NCBI GenBank assembly: GCA_028534125.1
Contig: CM052816.1
Coordinates: forward strand, 74,960,001 to 75,024,000
Direction of reading: 5' to 3'
DNA length: 64,000 nucleotides
From: Lama glama
Taxonomy: Eukaryota
The translations under genes were made by a program, and so were the position numbers. Positions 38,190-51,430 of the stretch are shown piece after piece. How positions within the stretch are numbered: position 1 is the stretch's first letter; every line of letters starts with the position of its first letter. Below the pieces are notes generated by a model, which was not told the origin of the DNA, ran no database searches, and saw only the letters and a list, made by a program, of their open reading frames with translations.

Positions 38190-38532
38190 TGCGAGCAGAG
38201 CAATGGCCTCACAAAGATGTCCATTTCTTAATTTCTGGAACTGTGAATATGTTATCCTACCTGGCAAAGGACAATTAAGTTTGCAGATGGAATTGAAGTT
38301 GCTAAACATCTGACCTTAATACAGTGATATTATCCTGGATCATTTGGGTGAGCTCAATGTAATCACAAGGGTTCTTAGAAGTGGAAGATGGAGGAAGAAG
38401 AGATCAGAGTGATGCCTCATGAGAAGGACTTGACTTGCCATGGCTAACTTAGAAGATGGAGAAAAGGAGCTATGTGCCAAGGAATGTGGTAGTGTCTAGA
38501 AGCAAGAAACTGATTCTCCCCTACAACCTCCA
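38190..38532 (+). mobile_element. MLT1 (C/D-like) LTR, 3'-truncated
   Basis: AATGGCCTCACAAAGATGTCC...GGAACTGTGAATATGTTA...TTTGCAGATG...AATGTAATCACAAGGGTTCTT. Confidence 0.82.
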
Positions 38533-38855
38533 TGTATTAGTTTTCTACTAGTTTCTATCACAGATTGCCACAAATTCAGTGGCTTGAAACAACAGACATT
38601 TATTCTTTTATGGCTCTGGAGGTCAGAATTCCAAAATCAATTTCACTGGACTAAAATCCGAGTGTCAGCAGGCCCACATTCTCTCCAGAAGCTCTAGGGA
38701 AGACTCCATTTCCTGTCTTTTCCAGCTTCTAGAGCTGCATTTCCTGCATTCGTTGGCTGATGGACCCTTCCTCTGTCCTCAAAGCTAGCAGTCTAACATC
38801 TTCAAATCACTTTATGCTTTTATCACATCATTTTCTCCTCTCTAAAGTCGAATCT
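38533..38855 (-). mobile_element. Second MLT1 LTR in opposite orientation
   Basis: TGTATTAGTTTTCTA...CCACAAATTCAGTGGCTTGAAACAACAGACATTTATT...CTGGAGGTCAGAA. Confidence 0.82.
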
Positions 38856-39039
38856 CTATATCCTAAATTCTTGCCTAAGAGCCTAACTTCTAACAGTTCT
38901 TTCAACTCTTATAAGACTTCTTGACTTCTTAGAAAATATTCATGCATAAAGGATAAACAGCCTTTTCATTACTAGTGGACAGACCAAGATATCCAATAGA
39001 ACTTTCTGTGATAGTGGGTATGGTTTATATCTGTGTTGC

Positions 39040-40260
39040 TTTTCATATAAATGGAGTCATATACTATACAGTCTTTTGTGATTGGCTTCTTTCACTTAGC
39101 ATAATGTCTTCAGGGTTCATCCATCTTTATGGCATGTATCAGTACTTCATTCCTTCTTATGGCCAAGTAAGACTTCACTGTTTGGATATACCACATTTTG
39201 TTTACCTATTCATCAGCTGATGGGCATTTGGGTTGTCTTCATCTTTGGTTATTATGGGTAATACTTCTATAAACATTCTGTACAAATATTTGTGTGGCCC
39301 TATGTTTTGATTTCTCCTGGGTATGAGTTGTAATGCTGTGTCATATGGCAACTCTATGTTTAATTGTTTGAGGAACTGCCAGACTGTTTCCCAAAGTGGC
39401 TGTGCTGTTTCACTTTTCCAACAGCAGTATATGAGGGTTCCAATTTCTACACATTCTCACTGGAACTTGTTACTATTTCACTTCTTGATTCTGGCCCTCC
39501 TAGTGGATGGAAAGTGGTATCTCACTGTATTTTTGGTGTGCATTTCCCTAATGAATAATGATGTTGAGCATCTTTTCATGATATTACTGTCCATTTGTAT
39601 ATCTCCATTGGAGAATTGTCTATTTAGATCTTTTGCCATTTTAAAAATTGGGTAATTAATATTTTCATTATTGAGTTGTAAGAGTTCTTTATATATTCTA
39701 CATACAAATTCCTTAGGAGATGTACAGTTTGCAAACATTTTCTCCTATTCTGTGGGTTACGTTTCACTTTCTTAATGGTGTCCTGCTTTTTCTTTCACTG
39801 CTCATGCTTTTGGTGTCGTATCTAAGAATCCATCACCAAGTCTGAGGAGGTCATGAAATTTATCTCCATTTCTTCTCTTAAGAGTTTTATAGTTTAGCAT
39901 ATTTTTATATTTAGGTCTTTGATCCATTTTGGGTTAATTTTTGCATATGGTGTAAGGAAAAGATCCAACTTTATTCTTTTGCATGTGGATACCCAGTTGT
40001 TTCAGCACTATTTGTTGGAAAGACCATTCTTTCCCCATTGAATACTCTTGGCATCTTTGTTGAAAATTAATTCATATGTTTGTTGATCTTTTTGCCTACT
40101 TAGCCTATCCATTACTGAAAGTAGAATATTGAAATCTTTGTTCTTATTGAATTGTTTATTTCTTCCTTATTCCTGTCCATTTTTGCTCCATGTAATTTGT
40201 GCACTCATAGTGGGTGCATACATGTTTATAATTGTTATATCTTCTTGATGGATTTTACTT
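39040..40260 (-). mobile_element. L1 (L1MA/MB-type) 3' fragment(s), degraded ORF2 C-terminus
   Basis: ORF 39478..39738 (IYKELLQLN...KDLNRQF...MKRCSTSLFIREM) is an L1 ORF2p C-terminal remnant; typical L1 3' text. Confidence 0.9.
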
Positions 40261-41039
40261 TAATCATGATTTGATGGGTACACTTATGAATGACCTAGCT
40301 ATGGGGAAAACCCTTGTTCCCCTCTCTGCCCCCCTCAATTAAAAGGAGGTAAAAATAAGCCTTCTTCTATATGCAGAGAGTCTAGTTTTCTTACTACTAG
40401 GATTGGCTTTCAATAGATAATTGGCACAGCTATTCAATTTTTGTCGGAAAGGAGGACCATAGTTTATTTATTCTAAAACACAAAGGAAATTATTTTTTAT
40501 CTTGTCCATTCCATTATTTTAAACAGCAAGAATGCAACCCCCTTGTTTCCAAATCATTCATTGGGTTCTAGCTCTTTTTTAGGCAACATAACAAAAAAAA
40601 ATCTTACAAAATCTAGACTTCCAGTTCCTTGAAAGAAGGGAATATATCTCATTCCTTTCTATATTTCTGCTGTTTAGAAAAGAGTCTGCTCCACAATAAA
40701 TGTCTGATGACTTGAAATTTTATAACTATGTTTATCACCTCTCAGGTGGTATGCCTTTTTATCCACAATGAAATTTTTAAAAAGGTTTGATGATAAGAAC
40801 ATAAGAAATAAAGTCAAAGTCACCTGAAAGAGAAGTGAATACTATCACAGTATCTATATTCTTCCAGACATCTGTGCATAAATAAAAGTAACACTTTTTC
40901 ATGGAACCAAACTATTATACGGTTTTAACCTGATTTTTTTGACATGTCAATGTCCTGAAGATACTGAAATGTGTCATTCTTTTTAATATTGCTGACTTTA
41001 CAAAATTAAGAGTTTAAGAAATTACTGAGTCATTCTTAG

Positions 41040-43010
41040 TTCTTAACTTTTTAAAATTACACAAATAATATGTATTAAATACAATAAAAATTAAAACAAT
41101 GCCTGCGAATAGATGGAAAATTTTAAATCCCCTTTATTCTTCTATGAATTTCTATACAACGACTGCTAACAAATAATTTTGATCTGTTCCTTTTTACATA
41201 AATGGAACCATATCATACGTATTATTCTGCAACTTGATTCCTTCAATTAACAATATATCTGGTGAAGTTTTACTGTGAGTATGTGTAGATCCTTCTCATT
41301 CTTTTTAACTGCTGTAGGATCCCATAGTAAAGATGTAACATGGTGAAGGAGATGGAAATTTAAAATTTGTTATTGTGTTTTCCAAAATATGAGAGGATCT
41401 GTTTCTTCTACATCTTGACAATACTGAGCATAGCTAACCTTTCTAAATTTTGCCTAATAAACAAAAAGTGGCATCTCTTCATCTGAAACTGCATTTTCTT
41501 GGTTAGACTATCTTTTCATATAGAAATTGATTACATTTCTAATTACATTATATTTGTTCATTTTTCTTTTTTGGTGATTTTTAAAGATCTTTTTGTAGGC
41601 ATTAGAATTATGGCTATTAACTGTCAGATTTATGTCTAAAGAATACTTTCAGTCTGTTGTTGTCTTTTAATTTTGCTTACATGTGAGATTACACAATTTT
41701 AAAGTTTATATGCTTTGTTGAATCAACCTTTCACTTTATAGCTTTTGGATTTTATGACTTGTTTGGAAAGGACTTTCTCATCCTAAGATTATAAAATAAT
41801 TACTCTACATTTATTTGCACATTCTTCACTTACTTTACACATACCATTTAGTAATACTACATTTATTTCATACATAACTAATGCCAATTTATGGACTAGT
41901 TCACCTTTTTCTACTAATTAAAAAGACTATCTTTTTATATGCTAAATTCATATGCATATAAATTGCTGAATCTAAACTCTATTCTAACCCATTAATCTAG
42001 ATATAGCCCATGTTAATTCCATATTGTTTATTTAGAAAGTGTTAATTCTTATATTTCTTTTTACATTCCTATGCACAATCTGCCTTTAAAGCATATTTAG
42101 AGAAATTTTATTTAGTTTGCTAAGCATGTAATAACATTGGAACTATATGGAAAATCCTGTTCCTATATTACCAGTGTCAAACAAAGCTGGACATTAATGT
42201 GTTGAAAAGAGATTTTATTCCATAAGTACTGCCAGAAAGGGCAAGAGCTGAGCTCCATTCTAGTTTGTGCAGAGGTGACTCGGTGTTTTAATGAGGAAGA
42301 TGAGGGAGTAGGGAGGAGTGAGCAGGGCTCAAATAGAGCCAGGGAAGTGAAAAATTACACAGGGTTGTATAAAAATGATTAGGCCAGCTGTGTCTGCTAG
42401 CTGGCAATTACAAAAATTAGAATTCTGTCCTTCCACTGAGACTGGGAGACTGGTATTAAGTTGATTCTAATTATTTTGCCATTAGGAAAAATACCGCAAT
42501 AAATATCCTTATATATATCATTTCTCATTTATCTATGGGATAAATTTCTAGCAATGATCAGTCAAAATGTCAGTGTATTTTAAATTTTCATAAATATTGC
42601 CAAATTTACTTTCAGAGGAAGAATGCATTAGTGACATACATTAGGGAGACTTTACCACATCCTTACCAAATCAGCATGTGATAATCATTGCCAATATTTT
42701 GGTGAAAAATATGCCATTATAGGCTTAATTGCAATTTTTAAATTATCAGTAAGGCCAAGAGCCTTGTACATTTACTTTCAATCTGTTATATTTCTTTTCT
42801 ACTGATCAGTTTTAATGATTTGTAAAAGTTCTTTATATGTCATTTGTTTCATGACCTTGTTTATGGATTTATTTTTACAGGTCTAAATTTAAAAAATATG
42901 TATTTGGATTTATTATTTTTTGTTTTATTGCTTTGGGGTTTGTGATATACTTAGAATGATCTTTCTCATTCTAATATTTAAAATACTACCATATTTTCTT
43001 CTTATAGCTA
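41040..43010 (-). mobile_element. Very old AT-rich L1ME-type fragments with an LTR-like insert at ~42175-42455
   Basis: ACATAAATGGAACCAT...TATTCTGCAACTTG, GCAATAAATATCCTT...GGGATAAATTTCTAG; boundaries approximate. Confidence 0.5.
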
Positions 43011-44194
43011 AGTGAAATTTTAAGAATGTGGCATGTCAGAAAAATGGTGCAATATAAGCATGATGACTTTTAAATAAAAAATTGTACCTATAAATAACCA
43101 TGGCTATTGCCAAAAATTGAAAACCTATAGTTTTTAAGGATTCAAAATGCATTCTAAAAAACTGATTGGCAATTTATACAAAAGTAACTAATAAATTCCT
43201 TATGTATTTTATATATTGTAAAGTAATTCGGACAATAAAGAGTATCTTCTTATTGCCTATATATAGATATATGCTTTATATTTTACATAATTCTTGAACA
43301 TTTCTGAGTTAATGCTTATTGGTTATCACCATAAAAGAAATAATTTGCTGGTGTATTCCATCAGCCTACAGACACAAATGAACGTTAGATTTGGATCACA
43401 TAATATTTTCTTTCTATTTAGCACGTCTATGTTTTGTGAAGGTGAGTTGGCATAAAGCTTATTGTTTTTGAAATGATACTGTCAATTTAATTTGTTTTCA
43501 GGATCTTCTACAAAGTATGTCAAAATATATCAAGTTATAGATTACTATTTTTTTGCACGTAATGAGAAATGTTCCCCCCCCCCAAATTTACACATTAGCT
43601 TGCTATTTGCTTTTCTAATTACTGACATTTTAATGTCACTTTCTCTTTACTCATTCATGTGTGTATGGACATTTAGGTCGCTTCCACATCTTGGCTATTG
43701 TGAATAATGCTGCAATGAACGTGGGTGTACAGATATTTCTTTGAGATCTTGAAATGTATTATTTTAAATTCTCACACTAAAACTACATACATAGTGCTTT
43801 TAAATGTTAATTAAAAGTTGTAAAATATTTTAGACAATGAGAGAAAAACACCCAAAGTCCTGCCCTCATCATCTTCCCTTTTCTCATTTTTTGGGTTGTT
43901 CTTTTCAGTTTGAGGCCTTATGCAAAGATATATAACATATGGCTATGATCATTAAGGTCTGAATTCTGTACAGTTTGAATTCTGCCTTTTACAATTATTT
44001 TAAACATTTCAAACATAGTTAAAATTTTCACTTTTCAGTGGTGGCATAATAGCTTTTTAAATGTATTTACTAATTCAATCAACTTGGGTTGTATTTTAAA
44101 TATATCCTGAGATATAGGATTCTATATTTTTTCTAAACTTATAGCAAGTTGCCCTAACCTCAATTCAGGGACTAGTTCATCTTTGCCTGCTAAT

Positions 44195-45257
44195 TAAAAA
44201 GACCAGCCATATGGAATGGGAGAAAATATTTGCAAATGATGCAAATGACAAAGGTTTAATTTCTAGAATATATAAACATCTCATACAACTTAAGAAAAAA
44301 AAAAAGCAACCCAATCCAAAAATGGGCAGAAGACCGAAACAAGCAATTCTCCAATGAAGACACACAAATGGCTATTAGGCACATGAAAAAATGCTCAATA
44401 TCACTAATTATCAGAGAAATGCAAATCAAAACTACAGTGAGGTATCACCTCACACAAGTCAGAATGGCTATCATTCAAAAGTCCACAAACGATAATTGCT
44501 GGAGAAAAGGGAACCCTCCTACACTGTTGGTGGGAAAGTAGTTTGGTGTAGCCATTGTGGAAAACAGTTTGGAAATCCCTCAAAAAACTAAAAATAGACT
44601 TACCATATGATCCAGCAATCCCACTCCTGGGCATACATCTGGAGGGAATTCTAATTCGAAAAGATACATACACCTCAATGTTCATAGCAGCACTATGTAC
44701 AATAGCCAAGACATGGAAAGAACCTAAATGTCCTTCAGCAGATGACTGGATAAAGAAGCTGTGGTATATTTATACAATGGAATACTACTCAGCTATAAAA
44801 AAGAATAAAATAATGCCATTTGCGACAGCATGGATGGATCTGGAGACTGTCATTCTAAGTGAAGTAAGCTAGAAACAGAAAGAAAAACACCATATGTCAC
44901 TCAAATGTGGAATCTTAGGGAAAAAAAAAAAAGAAGACACTAATGAACTTACCTACAAAACAGAAACAGATTCACAGACATAGTAAACAAACTTATGGTC
45001 ACTGTGGGGAAAAGGAGTGGGAAGAGATAAATTGGGAGTTTGAGACTTGCAAATATTAACTACAATATAGTTATATAAAACAGATAAAAAAACAAATTTC
45101 TTCTATATAGCACAGAGAATTATATTCAATATCTTGTAGTAGCCTATAATGAGAAAGAATATGAAACTGAATATATATATATATATGACTGAAACATTAT
45201 GCTATACATCAGAAACTGACACACTGCAACTGACTATATTTCAATAATAAAAAAAAG
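44195..45257 (+). mobile_element. 5'-truncated younger L1 (ORF2 C-terminus + 3'UTR + A tail)
   Basis: ORF 44555..44872 ([16 protein letters not shown]...[20 protein letters not shown]...[13 protein letters not shown]) is the canonical L1 ORF2p end; A-rich tail at ~45243-45256. Confidence 0.95.
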
Positions 45258-48200
45258 ATTGGCACTGTCATATATTATTCTGAGTTCTGCCTCCCAATTG
45301 CATAATTTTTAATATGTTAAAGTCAAAGTCATATCACTATTGAGTGAACATGCTACTGCTTTGTTAGAGTTGACAGAAAAGTTAAAATATAATTTAAAAT
45401 TTAATTTCAGTATTTGTGGAACTCCTGAAGTACTTCTGCAGAGCCCTCAAGATGTGATAGTTTAGAAAGATCTTGCCTACAATGGATGTTGGACTTGTAG
45501 CCTATGAGGATTTCTTGGAAAGTTTTAGAAAAGTTTATGAGAAGACCAGATCTGTATTGGAAATGATAATTTAAAAAGTGGCTAACTTTGGGGGGGGAGT
45601 ACTTCATTTAGGTAGCAACTGTAATAATCTAGATGAAAGAAATGGAAATTGAAGTCCTGCCCTAACTAGGGTAGAATGAGTGAAACTGGGGAGTTGGGTC
45701 AGATTTAAAGATAGCTCATAAAGAAGGAGGCATAAAGAGATAAAAACAGTCTCTAATACCATATAGTCCAGGGTTTGAATCTTTCTAGTTTATAAAAAGT
45801 TGAATGCTTTCTAGTTTATAAAAATATAGAAAGCATCTGAGAAATAGATACATTCACAAGGTATAATCTTTTAACATCTGAATAGTACAAATAATGTTCC
45901 AGACATGGCCTTACATCTAGCCTTCCTGCAGCTCTCTTAACTATTGCACCACAGGAGGCTACAGAGTTAGGGAACAGCAGAGCTGAGATCTGAACCCTGG
46001 CAGCCTAGCTGCAGAGTCCATGTCCTTTTGATTCTGATTCTGAGGTTGTGTGAATTCATTCTCTGAAAATCCAGGGGCAAATATAGTTTGGAATATAAAA
46101 GTGATGGGCAGGGGAGAGGAAAACCAAAAGAGATGACCCCCTTCTAGGCCAAGTTAAGAAAGAAGCGCAGACTTTGGACCTTAAAGACAGTGGGGAAAGC
46201 CAGTGAGAGGTTTTTAGCAAAGTAATACGATCAGACTTGAATGCATACAAAATAACTCTGGTGTGTTGTGTTCCTTTAAGCCTCCTTAACATTTTAACAT
46301 AATTTTCATTTTTATTCCAGGAGTTGAGCCTTCTCCAACCATTTCATGATTTATTTAACCCTTTTTTTCCCCTGAGGAAAACTACACTGTAAGTAAAACT
46401 CAATTCATTTTTATCCATTGAACAAATATTGGTACACATTAGTTAATAGAAAGCACTATTTCAAAGAATCTATGAAAATAACAAGCTTAGAAAATAAGAA
46501 AATTAGGGACTGATGATTTGCATTATAAGACAACAGTTAAATTTACAAATTTATGTAAAATTTCAAATTTATGTCTTTCAAATCTACTAGAGGAAAATTA
46601 TTTGTCTGGAGGAATTTGTTTTCTATATATTAAAGGATCATTGTGTGAAATGAAGCATGGATACTTTTTATTTTAGACGCAAATAACCTAGTTAAAAACT
46701 CCTATTAGTAGTTAAACCAGTCAAATGGCATTTGAAAAACAAGTCTTCAAATGCTCCTGATTATCAACTTGGAGAAATATTCCAAATGTGATGGCAGGAT
46801 GCCCTATCTTTCAATAATGAGCGCCAATGCTAATGCACCATACTTTAGGAGATTTAAAAAAAATCCCTTAATCAGAGAATGACAACTTACAGTCTAATTG
46901 TGACACGTTCTCTGCATTCATAGAAAGGAAATATATGTGTATATATTCATACATATATGACAACATAATACATCATATATATATATACAAACAAAATAAG
47001 ATAATACAAAATAAACTTTCCTTATTGCCTGTCTAGAATCAGACCTTTCATTTAAAAGCTTTGAATTCAATTCAATTCTCCCAAGTTTTAAGACTGTGGA
47101 AGTTAAGCTCTACAAGATTACACAAAGAAAAGCTTCCAGTATACATTCGTCATAAACTGTCCCTTCAAAGCAAAGGGGAATTGTTCTAACTAGTTCAGAA
47201 AAATTCAGATATTTTTCAAAAGGAGATTTTACACAGATTAAGACTGAAATGGCTTTGTGTAACCAGAAGGAAAATATGTACAGAAAAACTTTTCTGTAAT
47301 TTGTTCAAGTTGAAGATACTCATAGTTTATTTTTAAAAGTAGCAAAGTCATAGAGTCACCAAATAACAGTGCAGTGTGTTTTGACCATAGAGTAATGAGG
47401 CTGATTTTTTTTCATGAGATTTAGAGTCACACAGAGTACAAAACTTAAAATGTGTCTTTTCCTCAGCCAGGAGCAACAGCATGAGACCAGCCAAGAAGAG
47501 TGAGTCCCATGACCACGGTGTGACAAAGTTGCCCATGCTATTTTCCATTTCACGTGCCCTCTGGAAGGGCAAAAGTGGAAAAGCAGACCCAACTGTGATG
47601 GTTAGCTTTTCACCATTCTGTCAGCTACAGTACAACAGTAAATATACGCTCTATCTAACGAGACTTTAGTTTTGAATTTTCCCCTCTCTCCAAATTTTTA
47701 AAATGTTTTAAAAATAGAGAATATTGTGAAGTTAATTTCTCTTTATGAAATTGGACAGTCTTAACTTGGCATTTGGTTCTCTCACTGATTTTAATTAAAA
47801 TTATAATATAGGAAAAAATAAAGAGCTTGGAAGTAAAAGAATACCACGAAGGGCAAGTGCTTTTATGGGCCCACTTTAAATTGGACTGCGACTGTTCAGT
47901 GTCTCAGTGTACTTGCCAAGGAAGCTGAGGGCTCATTTAATTTTTGTGTTTTCTTTGTTTTGGTTCAAAACCAACAGTCACATTTCCAGGATATGCTCAG
48001 CCCTTAATCAAATAAAACGTTTATTGACTTTTCACTTGGTCCTTCTATTCAGCTGCTAAGTGCACAGATGTTTCTGAAGAAATCAGACTTGGCTCATGTC
48101 TCAAGGAGCTGGTTAAAAGATAAGGCTTCGAGAGAATGTATGTACCATACCAATGCACCACTGCAGCTTGAATAAACTTAGGATAATGCCCATGATCGAT

Positions 48201-48689
48201 TGTTTATAATGGGGCCAGAAGCTTTGCATGAATTACCTCATGTAATCTTTACGACAGTTCTGAGTACTGTAAGCAATTTTAATTTACAGATAAGGACACT
48301 TAGGCTTAAGAAAGTTATGAAACTTTCCTAAGGTCAGTCAAAGGGATACACCCCTGCTGAGTACTCTCTGGGGTTTCTGGGACTCCGGTGTCAGAAAGAT
48401 ACTGAAGAATGCAAACTTGGCTGACGGGGATGGAGAGGACGACGAGGTGTGCCAAGACCAGGCCTCAGAGGCTCCAGTCCTAATCTTTCCTTTTTGTCCA
48501 GGGACAATCTTGACCAGGTCTGTCTGGTTACACCTCATGGCAGATGGTTTCTGGCGGCTTCGCAGAGCAAACATACTCTACACAAACCAGGGAAAGGTGT
48601 AGGGAGAGGGGACTGGGAAGTAGAAGACATGGGAGCGCTGTCCAGATTGTGGGGAAGAGAGATAGTGGGCTTCAACCGGCTACTGCTTT

Positions 48690-49890
48690 GCAACCTACGC
48701 AAGTGCCAGACACGGACTTGAAAAAGCAACATGCTCCGCGAGAGCCCCCTGCGCCGCCGTAACGCTAGGCTGAGACTTCTCCGTGCCCTTGGAGAAGAAG
48801 ACAGACACCCGCGCCCCTGCACAGCCGAGGGGCTGCGGCGCCAAGTGCGCGCAACACAGCTGCCTGGAACACGCCGCCCCTGGACTGGGGACCATCCCGC
48901 GACCCGCCCAGTCCCGGGGCCCCTCCCAGCCTCGCTTGTGCGTCAGCCAGAGCCCCGGTGCCCGAGGCCCCAGGACGTCACCAGAGCGCGGTCGAGCCTC
49001 CCGCCCGCCCCGCGCGCGCCTTCCTCTTCCTCCAGGACCGTGACGCGGCGGCGGCGGCGGCGGCCCGGACGGCGAACACTGACACACTCACACGCGCACT
49101 CCGGCCCCGACCTGCTCCGCAGCCCGACCGCCCAGCCATGGCGGCTCTCACGCGCCTCTCCTCGAGTCTGCGGTTCTGCGCCTCCGCCCGCCGCTCCGAG
49201 GGCGTCTGGTCCAAGGTAAAGTGCAGGTGAAGAGCAAGGCCCCGCGCAGTTAGAACGCGGAGGAAACCCCGAGGGGTGCCGCGTTTTCTCTTCTGCCCGC
49301 ACCCACCCTCTCCAGCCTGGCATCCGGCATCCGGGGCGCAGTACTGGGGGCACCGAGACGCGCCGATGCCTTCCTGGCCTCGCTGCTCCTCCCGCTGGCC
49401 GCGTGGCAGGGTTCTGCACGAGCTTCCCCGATGGGACGAGAAGAGGAAAAGAAGCGCGCGGAGAGGCTGAGAGGCCGGAGGACGACTGACAGCGCCGCCG
49501 CGCCCTTCGGGGCTCGCTCTCGTCCTCCTGGGCCCGCATGCCCGCCTCGCCGGCAGCCTCTTGTGAAGGGGCTCTGGCGGCCAGAATGGGGAGAGGAGGG
49601 CTCGCAGGTTTAAGGAGGGGAAGGGGTGACCGCAGCCGGGGAGAGTTGTGTGCTCCAAATTGGGGATCTCGGGGCAGGGGCGCCTCTAGAGGCCCAGAAT
49701 CCTGAGCCGGGTCAGCCGGGGGTCGAGCTCGCCGCCAAGGGGTGGGACTCCGCGCCCCGCCTTCTCCTCTATAAGGCTGCGCGGCACCTCGGCGGTGGGA
49801 AAGGGAACCCGGACTGGAGCGCTCGCCTGGGCGTTTACCCCGCCACGCGGAGGAGCCTCTAGAGGTCAGCCGGTGGCTGGAGCGCGGGCA
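48690..49890. promoter_or_regulatory. OXCT1 CpG-island promoter and 5'UTR with a (GCG)6 repeat
   Basis: High CpG density; GACGTCA ~48975; GC boxes ~49001-49011; (GCG)n at 49045-49063. Confidence 0.88.
49138..49215 (+). CDS. OXCT1: OXCT1 (SCOT, succinyl-CoA:3-ketoacid CoA transferase 1) coding exon 1, mitochondrial targeting peptide MAALTRLSSSLRFCASARRSEGVWSK
   Basis: Kozak GCCATGG; donor AAG|GTAAAG; 78 bp; resembles the OXCT1 presequence and splices in frame to exon 2. Confidence 0.95.
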
Positions 49891-50759
49891 TCTCTTTTCC
49901 TGAGCTCCTGTGTGTCTGGGTTAGAGGATTTCCGTTTTCAAAGCCTTTTGAGAACCTTGTTCTGCTTCATTGCTCCACGGGTGGTATCCCGAGACACTCG
50001 CGCCGTAATTGTTGGTTGAGTGGGGTTTTGTTTTGTTTTGTTTTGCCCCTTGCTCTGTCCCCGCCGGTAAGCCCACGTCACGTCCACTTGTGTTTTCTGT
50101 CCCGATTCCTTGGAGGCGGTAACTGGACCAGAGTTCTGGGTCTTGGAGGGAGCTTACCTCGGCTACCACGGGAGCCTCCTTGGAAGGGAAAAAGAAAAGT
50201 GATGTTTTTACCTAGTAGCGTTTTGAATAATAGTTCTGAACTTGAAAGCTTGCCTTGCTCACCGTGCGTACACACAGAGAACCGCCCCGCCTCATTGCTT
50301 TTGTATCTTTCCCGCATCCATTTTTTGAGAGCAGGGAACGCAGAAGGGCCCCTAAGCCCCGTAGATAAGTGCTAGGGGACGATTTAGAACTAGAACATTT
50401 TACTCATACATGCCTCTTAGGAAGCATTTTGGTAGTTGAAGATAGCTTTGGATATATAAAACTTTGTTAAAAGGGACTCGACCTTCAGTCAGTTTGCTGT
50501 GGGTACTGAAACTAATGCAAACCAGGACATAGCGATATCCTTGGGCCAAGGTCAATAACATTCCTTCTTTTGGCAGTTACTTATTTGCCTAGGTGTAATT
50601 TACTCATTTTCTTTCCTTAGGTATGTCATTAATCTATTCCGGAAGCCCAGCAAACCTCTTCTTAGATGGCCGAGCTATAAACTTTGGGTTTTTCTGTATT
50701 TCATCTCTCTGTTAAGGTTTGGTTAATACAGATTTGGAAAAAAATCATGAAACTACCGT

Positions 50760-51430
50760 TAACTCTTTACCTACCTCTCTTCCTTGCAACTATCTTTTTC
50801 CAGATCTATCTCCAACCCCAGACTCTCCTTAGCTGCAGTCCTTCTAGTACAGCTTACTAGCCCATGTCCTTCAGGACTTCAAGCTCTTTCTGACCAAAAA
50901 TGAACCAGCCATAGAGTGGCTTTTTCCTCCTCCATTTTGTTTCGATTATGCTTAACAGCACCGGTATCCATCCATAGTGTAAGCTGGAAGTCTTAGAACC
51001 ATTCTCTCCTCTACTCCTTTCTCCAGCCTCCAGTTGATCACCAGTGTCATGTGTAATAATTTTGTAATTAGCAGCTATTACTCTTGCAAATGTGTAAGTT
51101 TCATCAGAGCAGACTATGGCTGTGTGGTTTTTTGTTTAACTCTTTCCCCAGTATTTAGTATATTTGATACAAAATGGATATTTTTGAACAAATAGATGAA
51201 TGAAAGAATAATGTCGGATGAGAGTTGTGACATCTGTTTCAAAAGCTTTGCTGTCCTTTCTTCATTGAAGAATGAAGTTGAAACTCTTCAGTGTGGTCTT
51301 TAAGACCTTTTGCAACCTGCCCCAGTCTACCTTCCGAGCCTGATCTTCATGAGCTTCCCTCCAGGGGGCCTGATCCCACACTTCCCTGAACACACAGGCT
51401 TTTTACATCTCGGTACCTTTATTCAGGCAA
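50760..51430. mobile_element. L2 fragments in OXCT1 intron 1
   Basis: ATCTATCTCCAACCCCAGACTCTCC, AAGCTGGAAGTCTTAGAACCATTCT, TGCCCCAGTCTACCTTCC; diverged. Confidence 0.55.

Noticed and set aside
41893..44203. Similar ~35-mers GGACTAGTTCA.CTTT...CTAATTAAAAAGAC at ~41893 and ~44169
   Set aside because: Both lie in old L1-like fragments. Shared repeat ancestry cannot be separated from local duplication without an alignment.
44555..44872. 105-aa ORF resembling a real protein
   Set aside because: It is the C-terminal remnant of L1 ORF2p in a 5'-truncated copy, not a host gene.
48338..50375. Many overlapping 60-226 aa ORFs around the OXCT1 promoter
   Set aside because: Stop-poor CpG-island sequence with low-complexity R/P/G/A content. 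Only 49138-49215 matches a known protein and has a proper donor.
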